Source: Mytilus californianus
Lineage: Eukaryota
Assembly (NCBI RefSeq): GCF_021869535.1
Contig: NW_026262685.1
Span: forward strand, 1,488,001-1,552,000
DNA: 64,000 nucleotides
Direction of reading: 5' to 3'
Each line of letters opens with the position of its first letter. Position 1 is the stretch's first letter. Position numbers and translations under genes: made by a program. This document shows positions 62,617 through 64,000 of this stretch, in pieces. The notes beneath the pieces are model-generated. The model ran no database searches and had not been told where the DNA came from. It saw nothing but the letters and a program-made list of their open reading frames with translations.

Positions 62617-64000
62617 TGCCTGGGGACTAACGTTGTATATCATTCAAATCATCTTGGCATGACAAACCAGAATATATATGGTTTAGGGGTGGGGATCTCG
62701 ACCATTTACAAGATACTAGAACATTGGGGGTGGGGAGGAACCCCTGGGGACTGGCCCTATACGTCATTCAAATGTTCATTACATGACGAACAGGAATATA
62801 TATGGTTTAGGGGTGGGGATCTCAACCATTTACAAGATATTAGAACATTGGGGGTGGGGGGGGGGAACCCCTGGGGACGGACCATATACGTCATTCAAAT
62901 GTTCGAGACATGACAAATAGGAATATATATGGTTTAGGGGTGGGGATCTCAACCATTTACAAGATATTAGAACTTTCTCAAATGGCAGGGGGTCGGGATG
63001 ACCCCTGGGGACTAACCCTGTATATCATTCAAACCATCTTAGCATGACAAACCAGAATATATATGGTTTAGGGGTGGGGATCTTGACCACTTAGAAGATA
63101 TTAGAACTTTCTTAAATGGCAGGGGGTGGGGGTGACCCCTGGGGACTAACCCTGTATAACATTTGATGTGCTTTATCATGACAAACCAGAATATATATGG
63201 TTTAGGGGTGGGGATCTCGACCATTTACAAGATATTAGAACTTTCTCAAATGGCAGGGGGTCGGGATGACCCCTGGGGACTAACCCTGTATATCATTCAA
63301 ACCATCTTAGCATGACAAACCAGAATATATATGGTTTAGGGGTGGGGATCTTGACCACTTAGAAGATATTAGAACTTTCTTAAATGGCAGGGGGTGGGGG
63401 TGACCCCTGGGGACTAACCCTGTATAACATTTGATGTGCTTTATCATGACAAAACAGAATATATATGGTTTAGGGGTGGGGATCTCAACCATTTACAAGA
63501 TATTAGAACTTTCTCAAATGGCAGGGGGTCGGGATGACCCCTGGGGGATTAACCCTGTATATCATTCAAACCATCTTAGCATGACAAACCAGAATATATA
63601 TGGTTTAGGGGTGGGGATCTTGACCACTTACAAGATATTAGAACTTTCTTAAATGGCAGGGGGTGGGGGTGACCCCTGGGGACTAACCCTGTATTTCATT
63701 TGATGTGCTTTATCATGACAAACCAGAATATATATGGTTTAGGGGTGGGGATCTCAACCATTTACAAGATATTAGAACTTTCTCAAATGGCAGGGGGTCG
63801 GGATGACCCCTGGGGACTAATCCTGTATATCATTCAAACCATCTTAGCATGACAAACCAGAATATATATGGTTTAGGGGTGGGGATCTTGACCACTTAGA
63901 AGATATTAGAACTTTCTTAAATGGCAGGGGGTGGGGGTGACCCCTGGGCACTAACCCTGTATTACATTTGATGTGCTTTATCATGACAAAACAGAATATA
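62617..64000. repeat. 134-bp G/C-tract satellite with 268-bp A/B dimer periodicity, running off the window end
   Basis: CATGAC unit starts at 62658, 62782, 62909, 63043, 63177, 63311, 63445, 63580, 63714, 63848 and 63982. Confidence 0.95.

Noticed and set aside
62437-63652. Repeated 61-84 aa ORFs near the window end
   Set aside because: Translations of the 134-bp satellite and its flank.
28943-64000. Array of additional variable cadherin exons as in vertebrate clusters
   Set aside because: No second ORF with DxNDN/DRE cadherin motifs appears in the ORF track or on reading.

Overview
AT-rich eukaryotic genomic DNA. It is most likely a bivalve mollusc; the dispersed repeats resemble those I recall from Mytilus, but I could not confirm this by search. 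Protein-coding content is limited to two convergent (tail-to-tail) protocadherin genes. Gene A (+) is present only as its last three cytoplasmic exons (324-473, 2254-2374, 3035-3528). Gene B (-) has one 2.7-kb exon encoding a signal peptide, 7 cadherin repeats and a TM helix (26128-28830), followed by exons 23045-23170 and 19905-20055, which match gene A's exons in motif and phase. Gene B's third exon carries an in-frame TAG 7 nt before a perfect phase-1 donor. The rest is intronic or intergenic and repeat-rich: Helentron-associated (HINE-like) elements, tRNA-head V-SINE-like copies, a 5'-truncated CR1/L2-group LINE with an 11-bp TSD, MITEs, and four larger tandem arrays (three with higher-order structure). 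The strongest unexpected signal is a P-superfamily-like transposon family. One copy is a 4914-bp non-coding element with perfect 35-bp TIRs and a 7-bp TSD (29052-33965). Two others are tiny scars (43531-43568, 47086-47135) keeping only 16-21 bp of each TIR between 7-bp TSDs, one with a templated filler. This is the pattern expected from P-type staggered-cut excision followed by end joining. All work was by eye. Exon, TIR and TSD coordinates were counted base by base; boundaries of degenerate repeats are approximate (about +/-20 bp).
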